Shown here piece by piece: positions 39,514-48,752 of a stretch of 64,000 bases of DNA (within the stretch, counting starts at the first letter, position 1; each line of letters starts with the position of its first letter). The notes under the pieces were generated by a model that was not told where the DNA came from, ran no database searches, and was given only the letters and a program-made list of their open reading frames with translations. Source of the DNA: Clostridia bacterium (GTDB lineage Bacteria > Bacillota > Clostridia > UMGS1883); assembly GCA_045661145.1 (NCBI GenBank), contig JAZRFC010000087.1, forward strand, positions 4,431 to 68,430. The letters are read 5' to 3'. The position numbers and the translations under genes were made by a program.

Positions 39514-40636
39514 TTTCAACCTTGCGGTCAAATTCCATACCGCCCTTTATACCCCGTGCCAGATTGTATATATCTGTGCAACGGCATTCAAAGGAGAAAA
39601 TTTCATCACTTTTCAAAACGGCACCCCTTGAAGCCACAGGCAGAGAGGCGGTGCTTTTCATTTTTTTTAGAATCTCTCCGCCTTTTTCATTAAAAGCAAT
39701 GGGTCTTATATAGGTGGGAGAGGGGATTTCCTCAAAAGAATTTCCCGTAATCATATTGCACAGAATCCGACGCAATCTGCTTTGAGTATAGCTTTTGCAG
39801 GATGCGGCAGAAATTATGTCCTCAAAAGTGTTATATACCGATGCGTCTTTGAGCCTTGCGGCAATTTCTTCGTTGCAATCGCAAATGACGGAAAGCTCTT
39901 CCTTTGAAATTGTTTTAAGCCGGGCGGCAACCATAGTGTCAAAGGCACTCATAAAAAGAGGCTTATCCTCATAATCGTAAAGCATATGCTCTTTCACATT
40001 CTGACCTTCTTTGAGAAAGTGTCTGATTCCCGAAGCGGAGGGAATGGCAGTATCCTTTTCAATGTCGTTGTAACCGCTTCCCATCCGTTTTATGGTGTGA
40101 GGTACAATATTTATTCCCGATTTTTTTATCTCCCTTATATATTCTATTGCGAGAGTGTTGTTAGGAGAGGAGAGAAGATTGCCCTCGGGAATAATTTCTT
40201 CAAGAGCCTGCTGCCGTGCTGCAGGATAGGGAAGCCCCTCTTTCAGCTTTTCTGAAAGAACCGATTTAAACAGGGGAGTTTCCTCATTTAATATATCCGC
40301 ACACAGAGAAAGCTTTTCAATATCACCGCACTCACTGCCGAAATGAAGCTCATCAACAATGTTGCAGGCAGCGACAGTCCTTATTCCACCCCTTGCAAAT
40401 CCCTCTGCAGAAGAAAGCGCATACACCGACGGAAGCTCCAGCACAAGGTCAACTCCGTTTTTTATTGCAGCCTTTGCACGCTCGGTTTTTTCGAAAACGG
40501 CACACTCGCCCCGCTGAACGAAATTGCCACTCATAACGGCTATAACGGCATCGGACCTAGTCTTCATACTGTCCACAAGGAGCCTGTGCCCGCGATGAAA
40601 AGGATTAAATTCTGCTATTAAAGCACTTATTTTCAT
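39506..40636 (-). CDS. tmcAL: tRNA(Met) cytidine acetate ligase (TmcAL/YlbM, UPF0348 nucleotidyltransferase)
   Basis: N-terminal IAEFNPFHRGHRLL HxGH nucleotidyltransferase motif, about 376 aa. Confidence 0.8.
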   Translation of the reverse strand: MKISALIAEFNPFHRGHRLLVDSMKTRSDAVIAVMSGNFVQRGECAVFEKTERAKAAIKNGVDLVLELPSVYALSSAEGFARGGIRTVAACNIVDELHFGSECGDIEKLSLCADILNEETPLFKSVLSEKLKEGLPYPAARQQALEEIIPEGNLLSSPNNTLAIEYIREIKKSGINIVPHTIKRMGSGYNDIEKDTAIPSASGIRHFLKEGQNVKEHMLYDYEDKPLFMSAFDTMVAARLKTISKEELSVICDCNEEIAARLKDASVYNTFEDIISAASCKSYTQSRLRRILCNMITGNSFEEIPSPTYIRPIAFNEKGGEILKKMKSTASLPVASRGAVLKSDEIFSFECRCTDIYNLARGIKGGMEFDRKVEII

Positions 40637-40731
40637 AAATTTACCTTCTTTTAATAAAAAAAATGTTGAAAATTGGATATTTCTATTATATACTATATCA
40701 ATGGAAAAATAAAGTTTTTGGAGGAATAAAA

Positions 40732-41733
40732 ATGAGTAAATTTTTAGATTCTATTAAAGAAAGGGCAAGAAGCGATAAAAAAACCATCGTTCTTCCCGAA
40801 TCAATGGACAGACGTACATGGGAAGCGGCTGAAACTGTACTGAAAGAAGATATTGCAAATATCGTTATTATTGGTACTCCTGAAGAAGTAGCTGAAAATT
40901 CAAAAGGACTTGATGTTTCCAAGGCTACAATCATTGACCCCTTCAAATATGAAAAAACAGAAGAATACCTTAACCTTTTTGTTGAACTCAGAAAGAGCAA
41001 GGGCGTTACATATGAGCAGGCAAAGGAAATCGTTCTCGGCGATTATATGTACTATGCTTGCCTTATGGTAAAAGCAGGTGACGCAGACGGCGTTGTTTCC
41101 GGTGCTTGCCACTCTACTGCAAACACCCTCCGTCCTTCTCTCCAAATTATAAAGACTAAGCCGGGTGTAAAGCTTGTATCAGCTTTCTTCCTTATGGTTG
41201 TTCCGGATTGTGAGTACGGTGCAAACGGTACTTTTGTATTTGCAGACAGCGGTCTTGTACAGAACCCCAACGCTGAAGAGCTTGCAGCTATTGCAGCTTC
41301 CTCTGCAGAAAGCTTCGAACTTCTCGTCCAGGAGCCTGCATATGTAGCAATGCTTTCTCACTCTACAAAGGGCAGTGCAGCTCACGCAGATGTAGATAAG
41401 GTTACTGAAGCAACAAAGATTTGTAAGGAAACATTCCCCAATGTTAACGTAGATGGTGAGCTTCAGCTTGACGCAGCTATCGTTCCGTCAGTTGGTGAAT
41501 CCAAGGCTCCGGGCTCTCCCGTTGCAGGCAGAGCAAACGTTCTCGTTTACCCTGTCCTTGATGCAGGTAATATCGGTTACAAGCTTGTACAGCGTCTTGC
41601 AAAGGCAGAAGCTTACGGCCCCGTTACACAGGGTATCGCAATGCCTATCAACGACCTTTCCAGAGGTTGCAGTGCAGATGATATCGTAGGTGTTGTTGCT
41701 ATCACAGCAGTTCAGGCACAGGCTAATAAATAA
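40732..41733 (+). CDS. pta: Phosphate acetyltransferase
   Basis: Start at MSKFLDS (ATG 40732). PTA_PTB pattern (IVLPE, DAMVSGA-like [24 protein letters not shown]). Confidence 0.92.
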   Translation: MSKFLDSIKERARSDKKTIVLPESMDRRTWEAAETVLKEDIANIVIIGTPEEVAENSKGLDVSKATIIDPFKYEKTEEYLNLFVELRKSKGVTYEQAKEIVLGDYMYYACLMVKAGDADGVVSGACHSTANTLRPSLQIIKTKPGVKLVSAFFLMVVPDCEYGANGTFVFADSGLVQNPNAEELAAIAASSAESFELLVQEPAYVAMLSHSTKGSAAHADVDKVTEATKICKETFPNVNVDGELQLDAAIVPSVGESKAPGSPVAGRANVLVYPVLDAGNIGYKLVQRLAKAEAYGPVTQGIAMPINDLSRGCSADDIVGVVAITAVQAQANK

Positions 41734-41765
41734 GTTATATTATTTCTGAAAGGAAGTCTTTAAAA

Positions 41766-42959
41766 ATGAAAATTCTTGTTATTAACGCAGGAAGCTCCTC
41801 CCTTAAGTATCAGCTTATTGATATGGATACAAAGGAAGTTCTGGCAAAGGGCCTTTGTGAGAGAATTACTCTTGAGGGAAGCAAGCTTAACCACACACCC
41901 AAGGGTGGTGACAAGGTTGTAATCGAAAGCCCCATGCCCACTCATGCAGAAGCAATCAAGCTTGTTATCGATGCTCTCGTTGATAAAAATCACGGCGTAA
42001 TTGAATCCATGAGCGAAATCGGTGCAGTTGGTCACAGAGTTGTTCACGGTGGTGAAAGCTTCAGCGGCAGCGTAGTTATCACAGATGAAGTCAAGAAAGC
42101 AATCGAAGAATGTATTGAGCTTGCTCCTCTTCACAACCCTGCAAACCTTATCGGTATTGAGGCTTGTGAAAAGGTTATGCCCGGTGTTAAGCAGGTTGGT
42201 GTATTTGATACAGCTTTCCATCAGACAATGCCCGAGGAAGCATACCTCTACGGTATCCCTTACGAATATTATGAAAAATACAAAATCAGAAGATACGGCT
42301 TCCACGGTACAAGCCATAACTATGTATCAGGCAAGGCTGCAGAGCTTCTCGGCAAGGATATAAAGGATATAAACATTGTAACCTGTCACCTTGGTAACGG
42401 TTCCTCCGTTGCAGCTGTTAAGGGGGGTAAGGTAATCGATACAACAATGGGTCTTACTCCTCTTGCAGGTATCCTTATGGGTACAAGAAGCGGTGACATC
42501 GACCCTGCTATCGTTACGTTCCTTATGGAAAAAGAAGGTCTTGGAATTGATGAAATCAATGCTGTTCTCAATAAGAAGAGCGGTGTTCTCGGTGTAAGCG
42601 GTGTGTCCAGCGACTTCCGTGACCTTAGTGCAGCAGCAAACGAAGGTAACAAGCGTGCCGCAGCAGCTCTTAAAATGTTCTGCTATGGTATCAAGAAATA
42701 TATCGGTAGCTACGCAGCAGCTATGGGCGGTGTTGATGCAATCGTATTTACTGCAGGTGTTGGTGAAAACGATTGTGACACACGTGCAGGCATCGTTGAA
42801 GGCCTTGAGTTCCTTGGAGTTAAGGTTGATGCTGAAAAGAACAAACTCCGCGGTCAGGCGATTGACGTTTCTGCCGAGGGTGCAACAGTAAGAACTCTTG
42901 TTATCCCCACTGATGAAGAAATGATGATTGCTATTGAAACTGAAAGATTGGCAAAATAA
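41766..42959 (+). CDS. ackA: Acetate kinase
   Basis: [31 protein letters not shown] motifs. Confidence 0.97.
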   Translation: MKILVINAGSSSLKYQLIDMDTKEVLAKGLCERITLEGSKLNHTPKGGDKVVIESPMPTHAEAIKLVIDALVDKNHGVIESMSEIGAVGHRVVHGGESFSGSVVITDEVKKAIEECIELAPLHNPANLIGIEACEKVMPGVKQVGVFDTAFHQTMPEEAYLYGIPYEYYEKYKIRRYGFHGTSHNYVSGKAAELLGKDIKDINIVTCHLGNGSSVAAVKGGKVIDTTMGLTPLAGILMGTRSGDIDPAIVTFLMEKEGLGIDEINAVLNKKSGVLGVSGVSSDFRDLSAAANEGNKRAAAALKMFCYGIKKYIGSYAAAMGGVDAIVFTAGVGENDCDTRAGIVEGLEFLGVKVDAEKNKLRGQAIDVSAEGATVRTLVIPTDEEMMIAIETERLAK

Positions 42960-42962
42960 TTG

Positions 42963-42991
42963 TTGACAAGCAGAAAAAATGATAGTATAAT
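42963..42991 (+). promoter_or_regulatory. Consensus sigma-A promoter for yceD-rpmF
   Basis: TTGACA (42963-42968), a 17-nt spacer, then TATAAT (42986-42991). Confidence 0.6.
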
Positions 42992-43035
42992 AGATAAGCG
43001 CCTGTAAAAGAGGCACTGAAGGATAGGTGTTTATT

Positions 43036-43536
43036 ATGAAGATAAATATTGCATCTGTACTTAGAAATGACGGTGCTTCAAAAACGTTTTCGGGTAATGT
43101 GGAACTCGGCACGTTTGATTATATGGGCAGCACGCTTCAGTTTGCCGAGCCTGTCTTGATAGAAGGTAAGGTTTACAGCATTGGCGGTGCACTTGAAATT
43201 TCAGCAGAAATCACAGGAGAGTATAAAACGGAATGTTCCCGTTGCGGTAAGCCCATTGTGGAAAAACTTTCCGGAGAGCTTTTTGAAAGTCTTGACAGTG
43301 ATTTTTCCGATATTGATGAGGAATGCGTAAGTATTTCGGGAAATGTTATTGATATTTCCGGCAGCGTTGAAGCGTGTATATTTGAAAGTATCCCTCTGCA
43401 ACCATTGTGCAGGGAGGATTGCAAGGGACTCTGCCCTGTGTGCGGCATAGACCTTAACAAAAATGAATGCAATTGCGAGACAAAGGTCTATGACCCGAGA
43501 TTCGCCATCTTTAGAAAATTAAGTAAAGAGGTGTAG
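43036..43536 (+). CDS. yceD: YceD/DUF177 family ribosome-maturation protein
   Basis: CSRCGKP...CREDCKGLCPVCGIDLN Cys pattern. Conserved position upstream of rpmF. Confidence 0.85.
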   Translation: MKINIASVLRNDGASKTFSGNVELGTFDYMGSTLQFAEPVLIEGKVYSIGGALEISAEITGEYKTECSRCGKPIVEKLSGELFESLDSDFSDIDEECVSISGNVIDISGSVEACIFESIPLQPLCREDCKGLCPVCGIDLNKNECNCETKVYDPRFAIFRKLSKEV

Positions 43537-43539
43537 AAA

Positions 43540-43722
43540 ATGGCAGTTCCAAAGAGAAAAACTTCCAAGGCAAGACGAGATAAGAGAAGAGCTAATTGGA
43601 AACTTGAGGTACCCGGTATGGTAAAGTGCTCTAACTGCGGTGAGCTTATCAAGGCTCATATTGTTTGTAAGCATTGCGGTTACTATAAGGGCGTTCAGGT
43701 TGTTAACAAGGCAGCTAACTAA
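43540..43722 (+). CDS. rpmF: 50S ribosomal protein L32
   Basis: [19 protein letters not shown]-terminus and a CxxC...CxxC zinc-ribbon form. Confidence 0.97.
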   Translation: MAVPKRKTSKARRDKRRANWKLEVPGMVKCSNCGELIKAHIVCKHCGYYKGVQVVNKAAN

Positions 43723-43772
43723 TCACAAATGACAATTTACCGTCCCGTAACAGGGGCGGTAAATTCATTTAT

Positions 43773-43847
43773 GCCCTCGTAGTAAAGCGGATATTACAAG
43801 CCCCTCCTAAGGGCTAGTCATCGGTTCGATTCCGGTCGGGGGTGCCA
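43773..43847 (+). tRNA. tRNA-Arg (anticodon CCT), CCA encoded
   Basis: Hand-folded cloverleaf. Acceptor GCCCTCG/CGGGGGT (G1-U72 and U5-G68 wobbles), D stem GTAA/TTAC, anticodon stem AGCCC/GGGCT with loop CTCCTAA, T arm ATCGG-TTCGATT-CCGGT, discriminator G plus CCA. Confidence 0.85.
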
Positions 43848-43899
43848 AAAGAGACAAACGCTTTTTATAACATAGTTATAATTATGTTTGTCTCTTTTT
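43848..43899 (+). terminator. Terminator-like hairpin after the tRNA
   Basis: AAAGAGACAAAC...GTTTGTCTCTTT 12-bp stem with a structured 26-nt loop, followed by TT. Confidence 0.55.
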
Positions 43900-44096
43900 C
43901 TATGCAAATTTAACATAAAAGGAGAATATGAATTAGCAGAATTGCTTAGGAAAATTTAGGTAGATGAACAAAATTTAATGAATAAAACATTACTATGATG
44001 ATGTTTTAAAATTGGATATTACAAATTTTGAGCACATTTTGAGTGAAATCAAGATGTGCTTTTTTTATTTTAAAAGTACAAAGGAGGAAACTTACA

Positions 44097-44489
44097 ATGA
44101 CAAATAGCGAAATTAGAACTACAAAAAACATCAAACTTAAGGAGGAAGATAAAATGATGAAATTGGATTTGTATGAATCAAGATTGTTTGGTAGAATTTG
44201 TTACGGGTTTGGTAGAGATGAAGACGGCTATGTTTACATCAAAGATGATGAAGCTAATGTGGTTAGAATGATTTATGACATGGCTATTAATGGTCACAGT
44301 TTGCAGAATATTCAGGCAGAATTGTATAACCGTGGCGTTAAATCACCATCAGGTAAAGATAAGTGGACAAGGGACGTTATTGATAAAACTATAAATAACA
44401 AAAAGTATTTAGCTTATATTATTTCATTCGAAAATTTCGTTGAAGCATCTATCGAAAAAGAATCTCGTTGCAGATACATCAGAAGTTAG
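44097..44489 (+). CDS. Stand-alone 'Recombinase' domain protein (serine-recombinase fragment lacking the catalytic resolvase domain)
   Basis: YGFGRDEDGYVYIKDDEANVVRMIYDMAINGHSLQNIQAELYNRGVKSPSGKDKWTRDVIDKTINNKKY matches the central domain of large serine recombinases. No S-catalytic N-domain. AAAGGAGG precedes ATG 44097. Confidence 0.6.
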   Translation: MTNSEIRTTKNIKLKEEDKMMKLDLYESRLFGRICYGFGRDEDGYVYIKDDEANVVRMIYDMAINGHSLQNIQAELYNRGVKSPSGKDKWTRDVIDKTINNKKYLAYIISFENFVEASIEKESRCRYIRS

Positions 44490-44552
44490 CCTGGGGACAG
44501 AATTGCTGATTTGTTATATAATTCTATTATTAAAGTGAAAGGAGAATTGGAT

Positions 44553-45128
44553 ATGGACAAATCAGCAATTCAAAATCAGCTAAGGTATATCATTGCAAAA
44601 GAGCAGTATATGAAGCCGCTACTGGAAAATGAAATTATAACTGAAGAGGTGTATAACGAAGTATTAGTAAATCTGTATGATGAATTTGAGGTCTGGAGGT
44701 ATAGCAGAATTCAAAATCCAAGTGTTGAATTTAGAAAGACGAAAAGAGAGACAAGAAACGATTTATTGGAGCAAAATCCAGGATATATTTCTTTAACAGA
44801 ATTAGCAAGAAGTAAACCACAAAAATCAACAGGTTACACTATTCAAATGTGGTTAAGAGATAGTGGAACCGTTGATTTTCTTTCTTTGTGGGAGAATAAG
44901 TACAATGAAAAATTTCTTCCTATTTCGGTAGAATTAAACACTTTAACACCGAAATTGTGGATAAAAGAAACAAATTCTATCGGAATTGTATCAAGGCAGG
45001 GAAAGAATGGAGGGACATATGCACATAAAGAAATAGCAATGCATTTTATGTGTTGGCTATCTGCAGAAATGATGCTAAATGTTATAGAGAAATACTTGGA
45101 GGTAATGAATGATGAGAAAGATAACTGA
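44553..45128 (+). CDS. KilA-N domain-containing protein
   Basis: C-terminal half ISLTELAR...IQMWLRDSGTVDFLSLWE...TPKLWIKETNSIGIVSRQGKNGGTYAHKEIAMHFMCWLSAEM follows the KilA-N pattern. Confidence 0.65.
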   Translation: MDKSAIQNQLRYIIAKEQYMKPLLENEIITEEVYNEVLVNLYDEFEVWRYSRIQNPSVEFRKTKRETRNDLLEQNPGYISLTELARSKPQKSTGYTIQMWLRDSGTVDFLSLWENKYNEKFLPISVELNTLTPKLWIKETNSIGIVSRQGKNGGTYAHKEIAMHFMCWLSAEMMLNVIEKYLEVMNDEKDN

Positions 45129-46650
45129 AATTCCAGCTACAATTTTCAAACAGTCAACAGACATAAATAAACAATATAGAGTAGCGGCATACTGTAGGGT
45201 CAGTACAGATAAAGAAGAACAAGAGAATAGTCTGGAAAATCAAATTACATATTACAAAAACAAAATTGAGAATACACCTAATTGGACTTTAGTTGATATT
45301 TTTGCTGATTTTGGCATAAGCGGAATGAATGATAAAAACAGAATTGAATTTCAAAGAATGATTGAGATGTGTAATAAAGGAAAAATAGATTTGATTATCA
45401 CAAAGTCAATTTCACGATTTGCAAGAAATACGGTTGATTGTCTAACACATGTGAGAAAACTAAAAGCGAACAATATTGGAGTCATTTTTGAAAAGGAAAG
45501 TATAAATACACTTGATGCAGTTAGTGAAACATTTCTAACATGGTTTAGTGCTTTTGCTCAAGCTGAAAGTGAGTCACTTAGCCAAAATGTAACCAGAGGT
45601 AAAAGGATGGGGTATAAGGAAGGAAAGTTTACTTTTCCTCCATTCTTATATGGATATGATAGAGGTGATGGAATAACTCCTGTTATAATTCCAGAACAGG
45701 CAGCAATCGTTCGCAAAATCTTTCATATGTACTTGGAGGGAAATTCCATAGGCGGAATTAGGAAATGGCTTAACGATAACAACATAGAAACAACAAAGGG
45801 TATAGGTGAATGGAACAAATCTACTGTGTCTGGAATATTAAAAAATGAAAAATATAAAGGTGATGTACTCCTGCAGAAAAGTTATACGGTAGATTATCTC
45901 ACAAAAACAATAGCAAGAAACAAAGGTGAGGTAACACAATATTATATTGAAAATAACCATGAAGGAATTGTGTCACGGAAAATATTCGATATGGTGCAGG
46001 ATGAAATGCAAAGAAGGGCAAGTTTATACAGTAGTAAAACTCCAAGCAAATATAGTTCTAAATATGCTCTCACAGGCAAGGTGATCTGCGGAGAATGTGG
46101 TGCTAAGTACAGAAGAGTTACATGGTCACGAAATGGCAAAAAGAAAATTGTATGGAGATGTACAGAAAGGCTCACTAATGGCACTAAGAACTGTAAGAAT
46201 TCACCAACCATACTTGAAGAAGACTTGCATAATGAAATACTTAACAATTTAAAAGAGATATTGCCTATGTCAGACGATATAACTCAAAAAGTTAAAAATG
46301 AGATTGAGATTGTTTTAATGAAAAAAGATGATAATAATCCACAAGTTATCCAACGTAAAATTAAAAACTTTGAAAAAGAGGCTGAGGTTTTGAGGAATAT
46401 TTTAAAAGAAACAGAGGATAAAGAGTTTTATATCGAAAAAATTAAAAAAATAGAAAATGAATTATTGAAACTAAACAAAGTAAATAGTTTTGCTTCAGTA
46501 AAAGAATCTTATGATTTATTAAATCAAATTAAAAAGATTGTTGACAATAAGGAATTGAATATGGACACATATTTCGACATAGTGATAAGTAAAATAGTTC
46601 AATATATACTAGTATATAGAACAGGGAAAATAAATGTTATTTATGATTAA
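45109..46650 (+). CDS. Large serine recombinase (resolvase N-domain + recombinase domain + zinc ribbon + coiled coil)
   Basis: YRVAAYCRVSTDKEEQENSLENQ (catalytic Ser), ITKSISRFARN, recombinase domain (PPFLYGYD...EQAAIVRKIF), CGECGAKYRR...WRC zinc ribbon. 513 aa. Confidence 0.9.
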   Translation: MMRKITEIPATIFKQSTDINKQYRVAAYCRVSTDKEEQENSLENQITYYKNKIENTPNWTLVDIFADFGISGMNDKNRIEFQRMIEMCNKGKIDLIITKSISRFARNTVDCLTHVRKLKANNIGVIFEKESINTLDAVSETFLTWFSAFAQAESESLSQNVTRGKRMGYKEGKFTFPPFLYGYDRGDGITPVIIPEQAAIVRKIFHMYLEGNSIGGIRKWLNDNNIETTKGIGEWNKSTVSGILKNEKYKGDVLLQKSYTVDYLTKTIARNKGEVTQYYIENNHEGIVSRKIFDMVQDEMQRRASLYSSKTPSKYSSKYALTGKVICGECGAKYRRVTWSRNGKKKIVWRCTERLTNGTKNCKNSPTILEEDLHNEILNNLKEILPMSDDITQKVKNEIEIVLMKKDDNNPQVIQRKIKNFEKEAEVLRNILKETEDKEFYIEKIKKIENELLKLNKVNSFASVKESYDLLNQIKKIVDNKELNMDTYFDIVISKIVQYILVYRTGKINVIYD

Positions 46651-46718
46651 ATTGATACTTATTGTATGTTTACTTATTGTGTTCAAGGTGATATACTATA
46701 ATATGAGGTGATATATCT

Positions 46719-46925
46719 GTGGATATTATTAAAGTGTTTTCACTAAATGTGAGGAAATACCGAATTCAAAAAGGATGGTCTCAGGAAGAATTGGCTGAGA
46801 AATCTGATTTACATAGAACATATATTAGTGCGGTAGAATGCGAGAGACGAAGTATTGCTTTAGAAAATATACAGAAGCTAGCGGATGCACTTGAAATAGA
46901 TACATATAAATTGTTTATGGAATAA
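46719..46925 (+). CDS. XRE-family helix-turn-helix transcriptional regulator (68 aa)
   Basis: NVRKYRIQKGWSQEELAEKSDLHRTYISAVECERRSIALENIQKLADAL is the canonical HTH_3 motif. GTG start preceded by GAGGTGA. Confidence 0.85.
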   Translation: MDIIKVFSLNVRKYRIQKGWSQEELAEKSDLHRTYISAVECERRSIALENIQKLADALEIDTYKLFME

Positions 46926-46958
46926 GATATAATTTATTTTTTTGAAAGGAGGATCGAT

Positions 46959-47807
46959 ATGAAAAACAATACTGTGTTTAATAGATTGTTTACGCAATAT
47001 TCTATCAATGATTTGCTTCAGGGTAATGATAATCAAGTATATAAGGCTGTTATTAAAAGAGTATTACAGGATCCTCATTCTAAAAATAATGGTGAAATTA
47101 TAAGTGAGATATATTCTTACATGGGAAAGAATTATCGAAATGAGTATTTTTATCAAAATACCCTTATTAATAAATTGTTATTAGGAAAACATAGTGTAAA
47201 TACAACTACTGCATTAACGCAGATACCTATAAATAAATCAAAAGCAGACTTTATTCTAATAAATGGAAAAGCGGTAGTGTATGAGATAAAAACAGAATTA
47301 GATAGTTTTGTTAGATTGGAAACACAGATAGATGATTACTATAAAGCTTTTAGTGATGTTTGTGTTGTTACCTGTGAAGAAAATTATGATAAATTAAATT
47401 CGATTCTTCAAGGAACTAATGTTGGTATTTGCATATTAACTAAAAGAAACACCCTTAATTTTATAAAAAATCCTATTTCGGATTATAGTAAGATTAGTCA
47501 TGAAATGCTGTTTAAAATCTTACATAAATGTGAATTTGAGAATATAGTAAATGAATATTTTGGCGCATTGCCGACTACGACTCCTGTTTTTTATTATGAT
47601 GAATGTTACAAAAGCTTTGTAAGAATACCTATAATGGAAGCGTATAGTGCTACTTTAAAGCAGTTAAAAAAGAGGAATAAGATATTGAAGGAAGAATTTA
47701 AAAAAGTACCATATGAATTAAAGTCGTTAATGTATTTTTATAGTGAATATGATAATAAATATAAAACATTGCAGAAGTTTTTAAATGAAAATTATGGGAG
47801 GGTCTAA
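46959..47807 (+). CDS. PD-(D/E)xK nuclease-fold-like protein, resembles the 'sce7726 family'
   Basis: 282 aa. Candidate D-x(11)-E-x-K core in SKADFILINGKAVVYEIKTELD (D97, E109, K111). Preceded by GAAAGGAGG. Family name recalled from NCBI naming, not verified. Confidence 0.5.
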   Translation: MKNNTVFNRLFTQYSINDLLQGNDNQVYKAVIKRVLQDPHSKNNGEIISEIYSYMGKNYRNEYFYQNTLINKLLLGKHSVNTTTALTQIPINKSKADFILINGKAVVYEIKTELDSFVRLETQIDDYYKAFSDVCVVTCEENYDKLNSILQGTNVGICILTKRNTLNFIKNPISDYSKISHEMLFKILHKCEFENIVNEYFGALPTTTPVFYYDECYKSFVRIPIMEAYSATLKQLKKRNKILKEEFKKVPYELKSLMYFYSEYDNKYKTLQKFLNENYGRV

Positions 47808-47810
47808 ATT

Positions 47811-48752
47811 ATGTATTTTCCTTATTTGAGAGGCAGACAATATGAGTTGCTTGCATTAAGAGAATTGGTTGAAAAAGATGCAATAAGTAAAAAGATCATA
47901 CCAATTATAGAACCGGTTAAGCTTTCATCCACCCTTTTAAAAACGATGGATGCTTTTATTAAAAACAATAGACAAATGATCGTAATATGCAATCCTGCGG
48001 TAGGGAACTTTGTCACAGATATGAAAACGGATGATAAGAATCAAGAGCAATTTCTTTCGTTGTTGAAAAGTGAAGAAATAATTAAAGGGCATATCATGAA
48101 GAAAATGTCTGCACAATTTATTGATATTTGGAAAAATAAAATGGGAGTGAACAAAGAGGAATGGGTAGTACTTAATAACAAGCGAGAGTTTGTGGATGAA
48201 TATTCTAATATTTTTGCAGAACATCCTCCAAAATTTGTTTTAATACCCGACGAAAGCAACTTTAGAAGAAAAACCAGAGAAGGGAATAATAGAGTTTTAT
48301 TAGCAGATAGATTTAATAAACTAGACAGAAATTCAGATTATTCAAAAAATGAAGATGAGTTTTACTCTGATGATCATTTATATTACGACATTGATGGTTA
48401 TAGAGGTTTTTCGGATTATTCCATAATTGGAAATGATTATTTAGAATCTGGTTTTGCGCCATATGCAGTAGCAATCCATATCATTTATTTAAAACAGGAT
48501 GATAGTTTGTGGGTGCATCATTTTGTTTCAGATTCAAATGACGATATTCAAAACCCTGCAAAAAAATTTTATGAGGCGGTTAGTAAACTTGCAATTTGGT
48601 GCGAAACTAATAATATCGATCTTACAATAGGATTAAAAACATTTATTGAACACTATAATAATCAAACATATCCAGGATTAGGAAGTGTTAAAAAATTGTC
48701 GTTAATGCACCACATAGAATTATTAAGCAAGCTTCTTGATGGGGTGAAGTGA
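47811..48752 (+). CDS. Beta-protein-like / 'sce7725 family'-like protein
   Basis: 313 aa. The N-terminus MYFPYLRGRQYELLALREL matches my recollection of the Beta_protein (P4 beta) and sce7725 families. 3-nt gap from the upstream gene. Confidence 0.5.
   Translation: MYFPYLRGRQYELLALRELVEKDAISKKIIPIIEPVKLSSTLLKTMDAFIKNNRQMIVICNPAVGNFVTDMKTDDKNQEQFLSLLKSEEIIKGHIMKKMSAQFIDIWKNKMGVNKEEWVVLNNKREFVDEYSNIFAEHPPKFVLIPDESNFRRKTREGNNRVLLADRFNKLDRNSDYSKNEDEFYSDDHLYYDIDGYRGFSDYSIIGNDYLESGFAPYAVAIHIIYLKQDDSLWVHHFVSDSNDDIQNPAKKFYEAVSKLAIWCETNNIDLTIGLKTFIEHYNNQTYPGLGSVKKLSLMHHIELLSKLLDGVK

Noticed and set aside
44043-44096. Upstream extension of the recombinase-fragment ORF (start at 44043).
   Set aside because: The extension overlaps a hairpin plus T-run (about 44031-44068) and has no SD. 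ATG 44097 is preceded by AAAGGAGG.
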